A DNA stretch of 64,000 bases from an uncultured archaeon. GTDB lineage: Archaea > Thermoproteota > Bathyarchaeia > Bathyarchaeales > Bathycorpusculaceae. Below the pieces are notes generated by a model. The model saw only the letters and a program-made list of their open reading frames with translations, was not told the DNA's origin and made no database searches. Made by a program: the position numbers and the translations under genes. Numbering within the stretch: position 1 is the first letter of the stretch; every line of letters begins with the position of its first letter. The stretch is from NCBI GenBank assembly GCA_963782915.1, contig CAWALK010000012.1, positions 32,001 to 96,000 of the forward strand, read 5' to 3'. This document shows, one piece after another, positions 62,410 to 64,000 of this stretch.

Positions 62410-63817
62410 TTATCGATGAAGCGCCGACATTACACGCCAGAGGTTGTAGTTTATGGCGGTTCGGGTCATGATTTTGCTGTACAGGTTGCCTTTGAGGTAG
62501 CCTTTGTTTGCTTGTCTTAGGATGTAGGCTGGGCTGTAGAATTTGTTGTAGAACTGGCGTCGCATCTGCTGCTATCTCTTTGGCTGGCAGGTTGGGGTCC
62601 TCATAGATGGGGTTCATTGTGTTGTATGTTTTCCAATCCTGAGACATAGGCCAACCTTTCTGGACAACGATTTCGCGTAAATGTGTGCCTGGGTAGGGTG
62701 TTGCGTGGCAGAGCCAAACATCATCTGGCTTTAGGTTTCCCGCAAAATCCAGAGTTTCTTTCAGGGTTTCGCGGGTTTCGCCTGGATAACCAAGTATGAC
62801 TGAGACGGTGACGAACATGCCTGCATCTTTTGCCCATTTGATGGCATTCTGTATTTGTTCGTTAGTGACACCTTTCTTGAGGATAGCACGCATGCTAGCG
62901 CAGCCCGCTTCGACACCGAACATGGTTTCGTCACAATGAGCCTTCGCCATAATGTCGAGGGTTTCTTTGTTAACTACGTCTGCGCGGGTACCGCATCCCC
63001 AGTGCAGCTTAAGCTTGCGCTCTATCATGCCGTTGCAGATTTCTATGACGCGTTTGCGGTCAAAGGTGAATGTGTCGTCTTGGAAGGCGATGCCTTCTGC
63101 GCCGAACTCGTTTTGCAGCCATTCCAGCTCGTCTAGGACGTTTTTGGGGCTGCGTGCACGGAATTTTTGGCCGAACATTTGGCTGGCTACACAGAAGCTA
63201 CAGGCGTAGGGGCAGCCTCTGCTGGTGATGACTGGAAGTAGTTTTCTGTTTGAAACCCAGTATTTTGTAAGGTCTAAGAATTTGTAGCCTGGCTTGGGTA
63301 ATGCGTCGAGGTCTTGAATGAAGGGGCGCATTGGATTCTGAATGATTTCGCCGTCTTTGCGGAAAGTTATGCCTTTAATGTCTGCGAGTTTTTGGCCTGT
63401 TTCGGGTCGTTTGGCGAGTTCGAGGAGGGTTTCTTCGCCTTCGCCTCTTACAATTATGTCCACGGATTTATCGTTAGCTAAAACTTCTTTGTCGCAAAAC
63501 GTTGCATGTGGACCGCCCATGACTACGGTGGCTTCTGGGCAGACTTCTTTGGCGACTTGGCAAACTTTGAATGCTGATTCAATGGTTGGTGTCATGGAGC
63601 CTGTGCCGATGAGGGCTGGCTGAAAAGCTGATAATTCTGCTTTGAGTTGGTCGTGGCTGATGTTGTTGACTGGGCAATCGATGATTTTAACTTCGAACCC
63701 GTTCTGATCCAACACAGCTGCCATGTAGGCTAATCCGAGTGGTGGGAACTGTGGGTGGTGACCGATGTCTACTGGGAGTGGCGGATTTACTAGGGCTACT
63801 TTTTTGTTTGTGGTCAT
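62410..63817 (-). CDS. Cobalamin-dependent (class B) radical SAM protein, one extra base near 62568
   Basis: PPLGLAY, GGPHAT, SRGCPYACSFC, FQDD, TPYPGT; corrected C-terminus ...RRQFYNKFYSPAYILR...LHR*; span is 469 codons + 1 nt. Confidence 0.88.
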
Positions 63818-63955
63818 ATGGTCTACACGCACATGTGCTGGAGTGATAATGTTGGGTATAGCTTAACGGACGCTGTTTTTCCTTATGAAGTTTTAGCTAA
63901 CTTTGAGGGTTTATGGATTTTGGGGTTTTGACCTGACTTGGGCTTATCAGGTTTT

Positions 63956-64000
63956 GTTTTTCTAGTAGTAGTTGAAGGCAGAAACCCGTTATACCCTTCT
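63956..64000 (-). repeat. Stem-loop repeat family B
   Basis: Minus strand GAAGG-GTATAACGGGTTTCTG-CCTTC...CTAGAAAAAC, matching 8731-8778. Confidence 0.55.

Noticed and set aside
4078-63623. Numerous 60-150 aa antisense or alternate-frame ORFs overlapping real genes
   Set aside because: Shadow ORFs of codon-biased genes with no recognisable motifs.
2333-63817. Programmed ribosomal frameshifting or Sec/Pyl recoding at split genes
   Set aside because: Breaks are frame changes rather than in-frame stops, share no slippery motif, affect unrelated genes and are all +1, consistent with sequencing insertions.
1-64000. CRISPR array
   Set aside because: No regularly spaced direct repeats with unique spacers and no cas genes; the repeats found are dispersed.

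Overview
Archaeal chromosomal segment. The gene content (eL33/L35Ae, GPN-loop GTPase, Ftr-like and MtrH-like C1 enzymes, PEF-CTERM surface proteins, frequent TTG/GTG starts, oligo-T terminators) fits Bathyarchaeia; this is inference, not a marker-gene result. It holds a purine cluster (purD-HAD-ftr-like-pfkB facing purM-purS-purL-purQ), an orphan TIR-domain gene, tRNA-Gly(CCC), and a GT-C membrane protein / corrinoid protein + MtrH / tandem B12-radical-SAM block. It also has an island of surface proteins, cbiZ, a bacterial-type metK, an isolated rnfD-rnfC pair followed by a tandemly duplicated 6-TM gene, and five radical SAM genes in total. Ten loci each carry one extra base and one 2.4 kb gene is riddled with indels, most likely long-read consensus errors. 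Best leads: (1) an EhaR/S/T-like HAD-Ftr-PfkB module translationally coupled to purD at the position of the missing GAR formyltransferase step; (2) a family of about 9 intergenic stem-loops with a conserved TATA/G-rich loop and co-varying stems, plus a second dispersed repeat of about 180 bp; (3) a minimal RnfDC module whose RnfD lacks the flavinylation motif; (4) a corrinoid/MtrH/B12-radical-SAM/GT-C cluster.
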